Origin: Lama glama
Lineage: Eukaryota
Reading direction: 5' to 3'
Length of the DNA: 64,000 nucleotides
Assembly: GCA_028534125.1 (NCBI GenBank)
Contig: CM052850.1
Coordinates: forward strand, 26,226,001 to 26,290,000
A model generated the notes under the pieces. It worked only from the letters and a program-made list of their open reading frames with translations. It had not been told where the DNA came from and did not search any database. Of the stretch, positions 35,163-47,934 are shown one piece after another. Numbering within the stretch: the first letter of the stretch is position 1; every line of letters begins with the position of its first letter. Made by a program: the position numbers and the translations under genes.

Positions 35163-36799
35163 CACCCACCCGGCACCCAGCACCCGGCACACAGCTCCTG
35201 CTCAGCTCTCTTGGCTCAGGCCCCCAGAGGCACGCTCCTGGCTGTGCTCCCACGGCCAGGTAGAGATGCTAGGATGGGCAGGTGGGTGCCCAGCTGGGCT
35301 GCACTGACAAGGCCAGGGCTGGGGACATGGCAGAGTCCTGTGACGTCCCCACACCAGCAGACGCTGCTGAATTCCAGCCCCGGCGGCAGCTTGTCGAGTG
35401 AGTGGGTGAGGTGGTCCCACCGACTAGCACCTAAGAAAGGCCTGTGAGCCGCCCGGCACACTCCTCCGAGGCTGCTCTCACCTGGGGCCACCACCCTCCT
35501 CGTGGCCGCCCTCCCTGCCCCGGATGTGGGTCCTTCCCAGGTTCTCACGTCAAGCCTTACCTTGGCCAGGCTTCTGAAGGGGAGGCCCGAGGGGAGAGGG
35601 GGCGCCCCCTTCCCTGCGCAGAGCTCCAGGTCCACGGAGGGGGCTCTGTCCCGGGCACCCCTTCCGGCTGGGCTCCTTCCAGGGCCGCTCAGCGGCAGGG
35701 CGTAACAGAGCCTGGTGGGCGAGATCAGCTCTGCGGGTTACGACCAGCATGTAAAAACGGTTAGGGTACATTGCACACGGAAGAAGGAAGCACTGGGACG
35801 CTGGTTTGGGGGACGTACGCGTGAGTGCAAGGACAGCTGATCCTGCCCACGGCCCCCACCGCTCACCCGCCTCCTGTTTGCACATGTTTGCTTGCCCAGG
35901 GCTCACAGCCACTCGAGGTCCACGCTCCCGGGTCCCCCTCCTCTCTGAGCGTCTGCCTCCTGTAAACAGCTGTAACGCGGGGGCTTCCCAGCAGCGATGC
36001 TGTCAGGCGCAGACGGGACCAGCCCTCAGAAGGGCATCGCTGCTGTCGGGCCTCGTGCAGCCCCCGCCCTGCCCACTCTGGCCCCGGGGCAGATGGGATG
36101 AGGCCTCCTTTCCTCTGGCCGAGCCGACGGCAGCCGGTACACGCAAAGGAAGAAGAAACGCTTCAGAAAGCACGCGCGGTGTGAGGCTGGCCCGGCTCCT
36201 AGTTCTCCTAGCCCTCCAGGCATTCGTTTTGGTGTGACGAGCCCCCAGTCTTGGAAGCACCAGACCCTGCACACGAGGACAGCTGCCCTCTGGCCGGCGG
36301 TGGCGGCCTTTCCCCAGCGTCTGTCCTCGTCCTCGGGGACAGCAGAGCCGTCGCCCCCTCCCCCCAGGGCTGGTCTGCTTCTGCATCTGGCTTCATTCAC
36401 ACGCAAATGCCAAGACCCCAGACCCAGAGCTCCTAGTCAGCTGGAAAGCTCTGTGCAAACACCGTCAGTAACCATCATTGATGAGAATTATAAATAAATG
36501 AGACCTGCACTAGGACGGTCTCTCAAGAGCAGTGTCAGTGGGGCAGGGAGCCTGGGCTGGCCCGCCTGCCTCTGCCCTTCTCCCCGTCAGGGGCTCCGAC
36601 TGGTGCATCCAGGCCAGGCTGTGAGCTGGTTCTGGGTGGCTGGGGCTGTCCGTCATGGTTCTGGGACAGACCCGCCTCCTCTACAAGGCTGCGGCTCCGA
36701 CGAACAGGTGGCCCCAGCGTCCCAAGTGCAAAGTGAAGGTGGTGGTGAGCGGGCACCTAGAACTGGTCAGCACCCCACCAATTCCTCTAGCTTTGCAAG

Positions 36800-37030
36800 G
36801 AGGGTGCATGAAACGGGGGTCCACGTGGCCGGGCTTAACTCCTGGCTCCTCTTCTTTCAAGCTGTGGGACCCTGAGCAAGTCACTCCCTGCTCTGAATCT
36901 CAGTTTCCTCATCTGTAAAGTGGGCATAACAGTCCTGCCCTCACAGGCAGCTACAGGGCTGAAAAGAGAGAACACAGATGGTGCACACATCACACCCAGG
37001 CAGAAATGGTGCCACAGCTACGGTGCCGTG
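36800..37030 (+). mobile_element. MIR SINE
   Basis: gctgtgggaccctgagcaagtcactccctgctctgaatctcagtttcctcatctgtaaagtgggcataac. Confidence 0.85.
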
Positions 37031-38764
37031 GCCACAGCCTCATCACACAAGACGAGCTTGCCTGGTCCCTCCAGAACTGCTCCCCTGAACCACCGTCCTG
37101 TGGGAGATGCTGCCTCCCCCAAGCCAGGAGCCAGGCACCCTGTCCAGCCTCCGCCAGGCAGTCTGTGCTGGGTGAGGGACAAGAAAGTGCCAGGAAAGAC
37201 AGAGAGCAGAGGAGAGGGATGTGCAGATGGAGACAGCGCAGAGACGCAGAGACGGGCTGAGGGTCGGACAAGGGGAGGGCACCCCCTCTGACGTCGCTGG
37301 GCAAGGAGAGGAACTTCTGTTTTGGCTTCATTTGTCAACAGCCATGGTTTCCACGGAGGGCATCCTTCATAGATCGGCTGCCCCTCCTCTCCTTCCCCTG
37401 TGCCCCACCTGTGGGTCCTCAGCAGGTCTGCACCCGAGTCCAGACAGTGCCTGCATGTGTGCGTGCGTGCGCCCGTGTGTGGGAGGGATATGCGCATATA
37501 GCTATGCCCAGGTACACAGGGACTTGTCACAGCGAGCTGACCATGCACAGGCTGGCATCTGGTTAGACAGCCTCTGCGGGGCTGCTGTCTGGTGCTGGAA
37601 GGGCGGTGCTGCCACGGCGGGGAGGGAGCACGGTGGGCTGGGAGCTCCATCCCCGGGCTGCCTCAGGCATGTGGTGAGGCTGGGCTCTTCCAAAGCAGCA
37701 GCTTTGCTCACGTCGGGGCAGGTGTGGAGGTCGGAATCACCTGCAACACGTGTCCTTCCAGGTCCAGAGGTGAAGGCACTTAGAGTTATAAAGAGTTACT
37801 CACCCATTTTTCTCCACCAGCGCTTCCTGGGTCCAAAGAGACCGTCCAGAGCCCAGGTGCCCAGTGTCGTGAGGGAGGCGGCACAGTCACCCACCCTGCC
37901 CGCCCCGGCCGGCAGGGCCTCAGAAACTGGGGGACAAGGAGTGGCCTTGCACGCTGCTCGAGTCCTAGTCCCTCCCCGGAGTGCTGTGCCAAGAACGGTG
38001 CTGACGCTGGGCTCGAGACCAGCTGCAAAGAGAACTGGGATCACCTAGTGCGTCTGCCACAGGAGCGGCACCGGGAGGCGGGTGGGGTGAGGGCGGCCCG
38101 TGTGGGGAACCCGAGGCCAAGCTCCAGTGGCTGGTTCTAGGCTCTGGAACGAGGAACCTGCAGGGCTGAGGCCGGAGACCGCCTTCCCCTCTCCTAGTCT
38201 GGATGCTTTCCCAGACGTCACAGCGGATTCCAGAGTGAGACAGACACAGGGAGGGGACGACACCTGGGGTTTGTGTCCTCTGCTGACCCCGTGACCCTCA
38301 CGGCAGCCCCGCCGCCTGCAGGGCTGGCCAGCAGCCCGGCTCCTCGGGCACCGTTCTCCCCGGCCCTCGCCCTGAGCACTGCCAACCGTCTCCCTGAGAC
38401 TGTGCGGCTGACGTAGGCCCTTACTTGCCACCTGCCCACCCCCACCAGGCTTCGCTCCTGAAAATGCTTTCTTCCCAGAAGCACAAGCAGCCCAGAAAAG
38501 ACCCGGCAGGAACGCGCTCAGGGGCTGCCCCGTGGACGGGCTCGGCCCAGAGGGGTCCAGCGAATGTTCCGATGCCCCAAGTGGCACAGCCGCGCTGAGC
38601 CGTGCCCCCACATCAGGGAGGGAGCACGTGTGGAGCCGCGGGATCAGCTCCCCTCCTCAGTATCACAGGAGGCACACTGTCTGTCCACGGAGGTGCTGGC
38701 ATCCTGCGGGAGAAGTTTACCAGTTTGGGAAAGTAAGCTTCTCCTTTGTTCTCACAGGTGTGCT

Positions 38765-38880
38765 GCACCCACACACACACCCACCTCCCATCCACACACC
38801 CATCCACCCACCCACTCCCCACCCGCCCATCCATCCACCAACCACCACCCCCACCTCCATCCACTCACCCACCCACAGAT
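38765..38880. repeat. (CCAC/CCAT)n low-complexity repeat
   Basis: cacccacctcccatccacacacccatccacccacccactc... Confidence 0.8.
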
Positions 38881-39169
38881 ATTCACTGGGTTACTGGCCT
38901 TGGGGAGGCACAAAATTGAACAACACGTATCCACCCTCAAGCTTCCAGTCTAAGTTGGGGTTCCAGGCAGGGGTACACACACCCAAGGGACTGCGTAAGT
39001 GAGCTGGGTGGTGCAGGACGGAGCTGTCAGCCTCTCTGTGTGCATCCCATGACTTAAATGATGGCGTCTGCCCATCTGTTTACAGAGTGGTGCTCAGCAT
39101 GTCTTCCTCCAGGGACCGCAGCCCAGGGTGCGAGTGACGACTCAGCCTGGGAGGTAAGGACAGTGCCAC

Positions 39170-39630
39170 CACTCAGACAGACAGAGCCTCTGGGGACAGG
39201 GCTGTGAGGCTGTGGGACAAGGGTGTCTGGAGACCTGGGAGGTCTCCTTGGAGAAGGTGAGGACACATGGGGCTTGGAGGATGAGTGTGTCGGGTGGAGA
39301 AATTGGTGAAGGACATTCCACAGGCAGAACCCGCACAAGAAGGGACAAGGCGGTGGGTGGGGTACAGCGGGGCTGCGGAGTAGGGACTGCTTGGTGATGG
39401 AGTGTGGGGCTGGGGTGCAGGAGGAGGGGCATGTGGGGCAGAATCAGTCGGCCTCTGATGCTGGTTGGCCAAGCAGCTTGAACTCCGCCCTGGCGGTTGA
39501 CAGGAGTTGCTGAAGAGGATAACAGTGGAATCAGATCTGCGTCAGCGTGCGCATGCAGCTCTATGGGGACCAGCGAGACGGTGAGGCCGGCACCGTTGGG
39601 GAGACAGGGTCTAAACGGAGGGTGAGTCAG
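39170..39630 (-). mobile_element. L2 LINE fragment
   Basis: ggaggtctccttggagaaggtgaggaca...ggacattccacaggcagaa...ggaatcagatctgcgt are typical of antisense L2. Confidence 0.55.
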
Positions 39631-39646
39631 GACTGCTTGCTGGGCT

Positions 39647-40070
39647 GTGTGTCAGTTGACTCCTGCTGCGTAACAAAACACCCCACATCTCAGTGGCTTC
39701 AAACAACAGCAATTTATTGTTTCTTGTGACTCTGTGGGCTGGCCGCTTCAACTAAAGTACTGTCGGGCTGGATGGGCCAAGACAGGCTTGCCCACAGGCC
39801 AGCAGGTGCAGCCAGCTGTCCGCGTGGTGCCTCAGGCCCCTATGAGTGGGACCAGCCTCTTCCCAGGTGCTCTCAGGGCGGTTCCAAGGGGGCCAAGTGG
39901 AGGCTGCACAGCCGCTGAGGCCCAGGCTCCAAGCTTGCCTGATACTACTTCTGCCGCAGCCTGTGGGCTAAAGCAGGCCAGAGGCCAGCCTGGGTGTGAG
40001 GGTGGGGAGGTGTGTCTCCTCACGGGAGTCTCCACAAAGCCTCTGGGGCCGCATTTCATCAACAAGCCTC
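39647..40070 (-). mobile_element. MLT1 (H/I/J-like) LTR
   Basis: tgtgtcagttgactcctgctgcgtaacaaaacaccccacatctcagtggcttcaaacaacagcaatttatt...tacttctgccgcagcctgtgggctaaagcaggccagaggccagcc. Confidence 0.8.
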
Positions 40071-41952
40071 CCAGTGCTGAGTGAGCACTTGGCTGCAGGA
40101 TGGGAGGGGCGGGGCGCACAGCTGCAGAGGTACAGACACTCGGAAGGGCCAGAACAGGAGGAGGGAGCCCCGAGGGGCTCTGTGGGGTGGAGGAGAGGAT
40201 GGAGGTGGATCTGGGGAGGGGAAGGAGGCCCTGGATTGGATTCTGAGGGTGATGGCAGTGTTCGGAGGGGAGGGCTTCTGGGCAGAGAGGGGCAGGAGTG
40301 GAGGGAGGTGGACAGCAAGGAGGAAATAGCCAGGTGGGCAGTGGGCGGAGCCTGACCAGGGTTGGGGAGGTGGGGTGTGGGAGGAACAAGAGCTGTGGAT
40401 GGAGAGTGAGGGCCTCCGGGAAGACCACATCCGCCTGCCTGGCTGACGGGCAGACAGGACTGAAGCAGCGCAGCCCTGGCTCCACCTCTTCACCCCTACC
40501 TGAGCTGAGCTCCCAGCCCAGCGAGGAGAGGAGAGACCCTCTGATCAAGAAGCCACCAGGGAGAGTTTTAAAAATGCAATTAAGTGGAGAATAATTAAGT
40601 CCAATTAAAAACGAACCATGGGAGGACGCCTGCCTAGTCTCGGCTTCCGAGGGAGAGCCCAGGCCGCCTCCGCCTGGTCTCGGCAGCCTTCCCAGCGCTC
40701 ACCTGGTGGGCACTTGAGGTGGAAGGAGGAAGCCAGGCACCCCCCAACACCCGCAGGGGCCCCGACCAGGCCCGCCAGTCTGCCAGTCTTCCGCTGGGCC
40801 GGGCTGCTTGGAGAGCCAGGAGAGTGTCAGGGACGCACTCACTCGCTCAGTCACCGTCCGGGTTCCCGACCCTCACACTGCGCAGCTCAGAGCCGCCAGG
40901 TGCTTGTGAAACGCAGATTCACCAGCCCCGCCCTGTCCTGGCTGGTGGATCTTGGGGCTCTGAATTTACAAGAAGCCCAGGGACTGTGCTGGCTCACAGC
41001 CCTAGTCCAGGGCCTTCCCTTCAGAGCGGATCAGTCCGTGGCCCGAAGAGGAGGCCTGGCGAGGCTCACGGAGAAGAGGCCCTGGCGAGGAGCCTGTGGC
41101 ACTGGGAGGCGTGGCGGCTCACAGGCAGGGTGAGGGAGACAAGGACGCCTTCTGCGTCTGAGCCCCGCTAGGAACCAGCTTGCTGGGCTGGGCTTTCTCA
41201 GGAATCTGATGCATTCCTCCCAGAGAGGGTGTCAGCAGGCAGGGCCACAGCTGTTTGCCAGGTGGGGGCTGAATCTCAGGCCGCGAGTCCATGAGGCTGT
41301 CTCTCCAGGGCCCAGTGTGGCTGTGAGACTGAACCGCTCAGGGCTGTCAGTAGGACGGGCCGGGGGGAGACGGCTCCAGCCAGGGTCACCTGCACCCTCT
41401 GTCCCCAGAACACCTGATCCTGGGGGCTGAGTGGAAACTCCGCAGAGGGGGGCTGTCTGATCCTAAATAACGCTCCAAGGTCATCGCTGACTAGAAATCC
41501 CACTCCTGGAGCAGGGCAGAGCCTGCAGAAGCCACCCTTCCCATTAAAAAATTTCATATAAAATGGAGAACACGTGCCAACAACACAACGAAAGCACGTG
41601 GCGCAGGCAGGCACCCTCAGGCACCCCTTGTCCCTGTGCCCTCGGGCACAGCCGTGCACGGGCGGGCGTCACGTGGCACTGAGACTGTGTGAGCCCCCTG
41701 CCACGGGCATGTCTGGAACCTAACACCTGCACCTGCTGGAAGGCAGCCCCTCAGAACAGCGAGCCCAGGGCAGAAGCCCAGCCCTGGGCGGAGCTTCTGC
41801 GTCCACCCCGGGAGGTGCTTCGGGCAGGGCTTACTCAGGGTTTCTGCCCCAGGTGGTTCTGGGCTTCAGACAGCGTGAGAGCGCGCAGCAGAGCCCGGCT
41901 GCGTGGCTGGCTTTTCCTCTGACACATCCAGTCCTTTTTCTCCAGTTTTCTT

Positions 41953-42086
41953 TTGTCTGTTTGTTTCTTTGGGGAGGGGAGGTAATTAGACTTATTTATT
42001 ACTTACTTAAAATGGAGGTGCTGGGGATTGAACCCAGGACCTCATGCATGCTAAGCACACGCTCTACCACTGAGCTGTACCCTCCC
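41953..42086 (-). mobile_element. tRNA-Ala(AGC)-derived SINE (camelid-type) with target-site duplication
   Basis: Minus strand reads GGGAGGGTACAGCTCAGTGGTAGAGCGTGTGCTTAGCATGCATGAGGTCCTGGGTTCAATCCCCAGCACCTCCA plus an AT-rich tail. TSD tctccagttttctt (41939-41952) / tctccaattttctt (42087-42100). Confidence 0.9.
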
Positions 42087-43099
42087 TCTCCAATTTTCTT
42101 GAAGATTGAGCTTTCTGTTGTATTTAACACACATTTGTTCCTCAGGGAGGAGCGTGTAGGGTGTCCTCTGTCCCCACAAACAACGCCAGGTGCCCTGGGC
42201 AAACATGTGAGGGGACTCCTGAAGGTGGAGTTGGTGATGAAAGGCACGTGGCTTTCAAATTCAGTGAGACACTGTCTGCTTGCACGGCAGTCACGGGGGA
42301 ACACAGCATAAAGCCATGCAGCCTGGGCAGAGGGTGAGTGTCTTCTCTGTCAGCAGGAGCGCGCTTGCTGCTCCTGCTGTTACGTACAGGTTCAAGTCTG
42401 AGTAAAAGGATGGCTTTTGAGCAGGCGCGGGAGAAACAGGTGGACATTTTAGATCTGCTGTCCAGCCTCCATTCCTCCCTCTTCCTGGAGAGGCTGCAGG
42501 CTGACACTTGACTCTGCAGCGGGCTTTCTGGACGCAGACGAGGCCCCACCAGGTACCTGTCTTCACAGAAGGTGGGCAGGTCCTGGTGACAGGCAGAGTC
42601 ACAAGACACAACTCTCTCCAGCACAGGGTTTTAGGGGCCAGGCCTGCATCCTTCCCACCCCACTCCATCCAGAGCTCAGCCAGGCCACCAAACAGAGAGG
42701 AAGTGTGGGAAGTACGGCCGTCCTGCGGGCAGGGGGAACCAGGACCCGGCCTGGTGGACACAGCACCACCTTTGCTATCAAGACCTAATTTCTGTTCCCC
42801 TTTCCTAGGAGAGGCCAGAGGAGGGGCTGGGTTGACTGGAGGGGTCCAGGAGAGGAGGGAGGGGGTTTTGCTGACTCCAGAACCTTCTAAGTGACCACGG
42901 TGGGGGGTGAGAGCCAGGCACAGGAGGGGACATGGTCACTTCCCCTGAGTCTCCAGGAGAGCCACCCACTGCAGGCCGGCACAGGCCGCAGGGACCCCCG
43001 TGAGGACTGGACTTTCCCTTAGAGCAGTAAGGACCCTGGAGCCTTCTGAGAGGAGGGTGCGTGATACAGTTTAAGAGGCTCACACCCGGGCAGGTGGGC

Positions 43100-44500
43100 A
43101 AGCCCGGCCATCTGCACGAGCCCAGCGCACGCAGCCGGAGAAGAGGACTCGCTCTTCCAGAGACGTCGGAGGCTCTGGGCCTCTGAGGACAGAGGGGACG
43201 AGGGCGGCCGACAGACCCAGGGGAAGAAGGGAGCTCCAGGGCGAGGCGGGACGGCCCAACCCTACGGAGCCCATCACTGCAGCCTGGGGCTCAGCGCCGG
43301 TGCTCCTGGCGCCTCCTCCCGCCCGTGCTGGCCTGGGCCCCGCTACCTCCCCGGGTGGAACCTGCGCCCTGCGTCCCACACGGCAGCAGCCGACCACAAC
43401 GCGGTGTCCTGCCGGACAAAGCGCCCCTCCCTCAGCAGGTCTGCGGCCGCACGTCCTCCCGCCCGGGCCCTTCCTCGTCCACCTGCGCCGCGACTTCGGG
43501 CAGCGCCTCCACTGCACGACGCGCGGTGCTCATTGGGCCCAGGACGCGGCAGTCGCCCGGCGGGGCGGGGCGGGGCGAGCTCCCCGCCCCGGTGCGGGCG
43601 CGCGCGAGGCGCTGGCCCCTCAGCCGCCGCTGCGTCGACCCTGCTGCTTCCCTCACAGGCCGTTAGCGCGGAGGGGCCTCGGGTGGGCTCCGGGAGCGGT
43701 GGGGGCCCAGAGGGCGTCCGGGGTGGCGCAGGGCGCGTCCTGGTGAGGGGCCGCCGGGTGGTGACACCGGGGAAGACGGGAGTCGAGGTCAGGCGGCCCC
43801 GCGGCCCTCACGCAGGAGGCGCCCGCCCGCCCAGCCCTCCTCCAGGAGCCCCGAGCGCGCGGCGCGTGGCCGGCCCGCCGGGCCTTCCCGTTCCCCGGGG
43901 CGGCGGCGCCACGGGAAAGACACGTCTGCCAGCGCCAAGAGGGAGGCGGCGCAGGGGTTCCCGCCGCGCCCCGGCCTGCTGCGTAACCGGGGAGCCGCTT
44001 CAGGGCTTCGTCCGCAGCGAGGGCCTCCCTTGCCGTGGACTCGCGTCGCGAGGGAGACGGCAGAGCCTCCCTGGCGGCTGTCACGAGGTCGCGGCATCGC
44101 CGGCCCTCCTGGGTGAACGCGTCCTGGCGCCACTTACTCACCGTCAACTCTGGTGCGGAAATGGGCACGGGACCCAATCCAGGGACACTCCTGGAAACGC
44201 TCCCGGCTGCGTGGGGAGACCCACGGGAAGACGGGCCACCTTCCTCCCTGGGTGAGTTCCCGTGTCTGGGCCGGGCGCCGAGCCCCTGAGCCGTCTCGCT
44301 CCCAGCCCGCGTCGGGGACTGTGAGGGCTCTGAGGCTAGGCCGTGCGTCTGCCCTGGGTTCGAAGACGCCTGCGGGATGCGAGGGCCCTGGGTCAGAGCC
44401 AAAAGGCTTCATCGCCTACGGCACAGCCGGAGCAGGAGCTCCGTCCCCGTGGCCGCAGGCCAGCTGGCGCTGCACCTGCGGGGTGTCCCAGGAGCGGCGA
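43100..44500. promoter_or_regulatory. CpG island with promoter-like core; no gene assigned
   Basis: Very dense CpG; ATTGG 43532-43536; GGGGCGGGGCGGGGCG 43562-43577; CCCCGCCCC 43582-43590; GCGCGCGCG 43598-43606. Confidence 0.8.
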
Positions 44501-45929
44501 GCACAGAGACTGAATCCTGTATGAGGGCTGCGGGCAATCTTGCGGATCTTACCCCAGAGCACAAACTGCTTTGCCCTCCGCTGGGAGGGACATTCTCTCT
44601 ACCAGGGCCGTTTGCTAAACAGACATCCTCAAAAAGACAGCTGGAGCAAAAGCTGTCCGTGGCTGTGCTTGTGAGACGTGCACAAGGGCGACAGGGCCGT
44701 GGGAAACCGCAGCCCAGAGGAGGCTGACCTCATGGGGCCATAGAGCCAGGCCACGCCGGGCCCTGGCGTTGTGGACTTGGTGTGGGAGGGAGTGTTTCCT
44801 CATTGTAAGCTGGCTGCTGCAGCCAGGAGTACGGGGGCCTGCCTCGCTGTCCACCCACGTCGTCCTGCCTGTGGTGGACAGGGTGGCCTGCTCACCTCGC
44901 TAAGGGGTGGCCTGAGCACAGGGAAGTTTTGCTGGCGAAGCTTGCAGGAAACCAGAATATGTCGGGAGGCAGACGTGATTGTCCCCTTTCTCCTCTTCCT
45001 GCAGGGTCAGGGATTGGGACGTGGCTTCGTTTTCTGGGTGCTTTGTTCCAGCAGTTGAGCCCCAACCCCTTGGTAAACTTCTGTCAGGCCAGAGACCCAG
45101 CCCAGGGTTGAGGGTTGGGGCTGGCGAGGCAGAGGGAGCCCACGTCTACCAGGTGGGGCCAGAGACTGCACGACACGGCCCCCAATTCCTAGTTGAGCCC
45201 CAGCCCCAGAGTGATGGTGTTGGGAGGGGCCTCAGGGCGAGGAGGTCGTGGGGCTGAAGCCTGGTGGATGGGTTCCTGCCCACACGGCTCCCTGTGCTCC
45301 CCACCCGAGGACACAGTGAGAAGACGCCGACCTGAACCAGGACGGGGCTCTCACCACCTTGACCCTGGCTGTCCAGCCCCCAGCCCTGGGAGAGCTCAGT
45401 GGGAGTTGCGAAGCGGCCGGAGCGGGACGGGGCAGGGTCTGGGAGGAGAGCGATGGAGCCCTCTGGGCACTTCTGCACTGGGCAATGCCAGCTGGTGCCA
45501 GGTTTGCAGGACGATGGCGAGGCTATGAGCCCGCCGCCCCCGTGCGTGGGGTCAGCAGGCACCGGCTTGGTGGGAGCGGTGTCCCCAGGGTTTCAGCGGC
45601 CGTGTCTGTCACCTGTTTGGAGATCTCTTTGTGAAGGGTCTGCTCCATCTGTGTTCTTCTGTCTGCATCTGTGGAATTGTAGGGTTCCTTGTACGTCTGG
45701 GGGGACAGCTCAGCTCGCCAGGATGGGGCAGGAGCGCCCAGGTGTTGCTCGGTCACCGGGGTCTGCCCTGCCCTCCTCAGCCGAGCCGGCAGCAGGTCCT
45801 GGGAAGCCGACCCACTCAGCGGTGCTCTGAGGGCTATGACACTCACTGCTCATCTCAGCGAAGCCGTGAGCCTGGTCCTAGAAACGAGGCTGGGTGGGAG
45901 ATGCCGACTGACCGTGCGGGCAATCTCAT

Positions 45930-46032
45930 GCACACACTGTTCAGCACACACACAGACACACCACACACACACCACACCCACAAATACACACACACCACAG
46001 ACACACACACCACACGCAGAGATGCACACACA
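45930..46032. repeat. Degenerate (CA)n repeat
   Basis: cacacacacagacacaccacacacacaccacacccacaaatacacacacacc... Confidence 0.85.
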
Positions 46033-47934
46033 GCGTGCCCTGCCCTCCCTGGCAGCTGCCGTCCAGCATCTGGGCAGCAGGGGCTTAGCACTGGCCCCTG
46101 GCGCTCGTTCCCCCAGCACAAGAGCTCCCCCTGCAAAGCCTCCCTCTGTCCTGGGGTCTCCAAACTTCGGAGCTGGGATCTCTGCGTCGGCGGGGCTGGG
46201 GTGCCAGCTGAGGCCTGGCCCACCACATCCGTGGACCTCCCCAGGGGCTCCTCTGGCAGCAGGGCTTCCTGTCCCCGCTCAGACCCCATCCCATTCTGGG
46301 CCCAGGGCTCCATGGCGCCTGCCCTCCTCCGCCCTGGCCCCGTCCCCCACCCGAGGCTGGCGCTGCCATGCGTCACGTCCCTGCACTTGACAGCAGCTGG
46401 CTCAGCGTAATTAAGCCCCACAGCGCCGGGTTCCACCTGGCGAGGAATTAACAGCAGTAACAAAACAGCAGACACTCGAGGGGGTGTGACGAGGCGGGTG
46501 GCGGGGTCCCCCAGGTTGCCCTCGGGTCCTGGCTGGCAGCGACCAGCCCCCGTGGAACATGACCGTCCTCGCCGTCCTCCCCAAGGGGATGGTGGGCTTC
46601 GGGCAGCCCTGCTCCACTGGCGAGGAGGCCAGGGCGTCCAGGGCCCCATGTGCTGGCCAGGGCACAGGCATGTCTCTGCTCACCAGGGTCCAGGCAGGAT
46701 GGCCTGTGAGGACTGAGGCCTGCAGTGCGCTTCACAGGGAGGTAGGAAGGGGCGCTGGACTTGCTGTGGGGGGATGTGGGCAAAGGCGGTGCCGGCAGAA
46801 GGGGCCTGGAGCCGGGGCAGGGGAGCTGCAGAACAGCTGTGTCCCTGACGGTCCCCAGGATCCTGCTGCTGCTGGGCTCAGCAGAGGGCCTCCCAGGGGT
46901 CCCGAGTGTCAACCTTGGGGGCTCCTCCCGGAAGCAGGCGCTGAGTTGAGGGGAGAGAGGTGGCCGCGGGGTGGACAAGCCCGGAAGGCACTTCCCAGGG
47001 GCTCTGTGTTGGCAGGACTGATGAGCGGGTCACAAGGTCCACCCTACACACAGGTGGGCTCCTTTAGAAACAGTGTTTGTCACTTGTGCCCCACCTGCTT
47101 GGGAAGCCGGAGAAAGCAGGACACTGCGGAGGAAGAGGTGGCAGGTCGGCCTTCACGCTGGGATCCGCCGGGCCTCCTGGCACCTGAGGGAAAAGGCGGC
47201 AAGGATTTGTTGGCTACAGATTCCTCTTTGTATTTGAGATTTTCCAGGAAGTTGTAGGAGACGAAGGAGCTTTAAGAGAAGCCGCTAAGGCCTGGAACGG
47301 GTCCTGCTGTCTGACCTCAAGAAGCTCAACCCCCTGCTCCCAGCGGGGGTTGCTGGGTCCCATCGAGGCCCCAGGGAGCGTGGGCCCGGTCCCGGCTCCC
47401 GCTCAGGCTGGTCTGTGCCTGTCCTGGTGTGGCCACCGTAGCGCCCCGTGCCCTCCCCGCATGCCCCGGCTTGCAGGCGAGCTGCAGGGCCGCCGTGCGT
47501 GCGCGTGGGTGTTTCTAGTTCTGCCTTGTTGCTGGTGCGGCCGGTGAAGCGGAGCCCCTGAACTCCAGGGGCAGGAGGTGGAGACTCCAAATGCAGAGAG
47601 CAAGAGGGTGTGTGTGCAGGGTGTGGCTGGCGGAGGGGGAGCCTCCCTGCTGTGGGCACCGCATGGGGGTTGGGGGGAGCCTGCCTCCTGCCGTGTGACT
47701 TTGGCAGGAACTGGAGTCTCCCTGAGCCTCTCATCCTCTCACCTGTGGACCCGGGTTGCCTGAGGGTGAGAGGCGGTGGGACAGCCCCCCTGGTGGGGTG
47801 GACAGCATTAGACTCGCACCACCCTTCCCGCACGCCTTGCTCAGCGAGACCCGGTGACCCCCTTCCTGGCACCAAACAGCCTCCAATGTTGTCGCTCGGG
47901 GAGGGTTTTAATTAAGAATTCATTTTTTAAAATC

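Noticed and set aside
42013-42086. Functional tRNA-Ala(AGC) gene
   Set aside because: The acceptor stem has mismatches and U8 is replaced by C; it has a SINE tail, a target-site duplication and a second decayed copy at 48.2 kb.
42350-42510. Helical-looking peptide MAFEQAREKQVDILDLLSSLHSSLFLERLQADT on the plus strand
   Set aside because: Short, ends in a stop, not recognised, and no convincing partner exons; could be a non-coding conserved element, but I cannot support either call.
43404-44255. 283-aa ORF across the CpG island
   Set aside because: Arg/Pro/Gly/Ala low complexity, overlapping long ORFs in several frames and both strands, no recognisable domain; expected from extreme GC.
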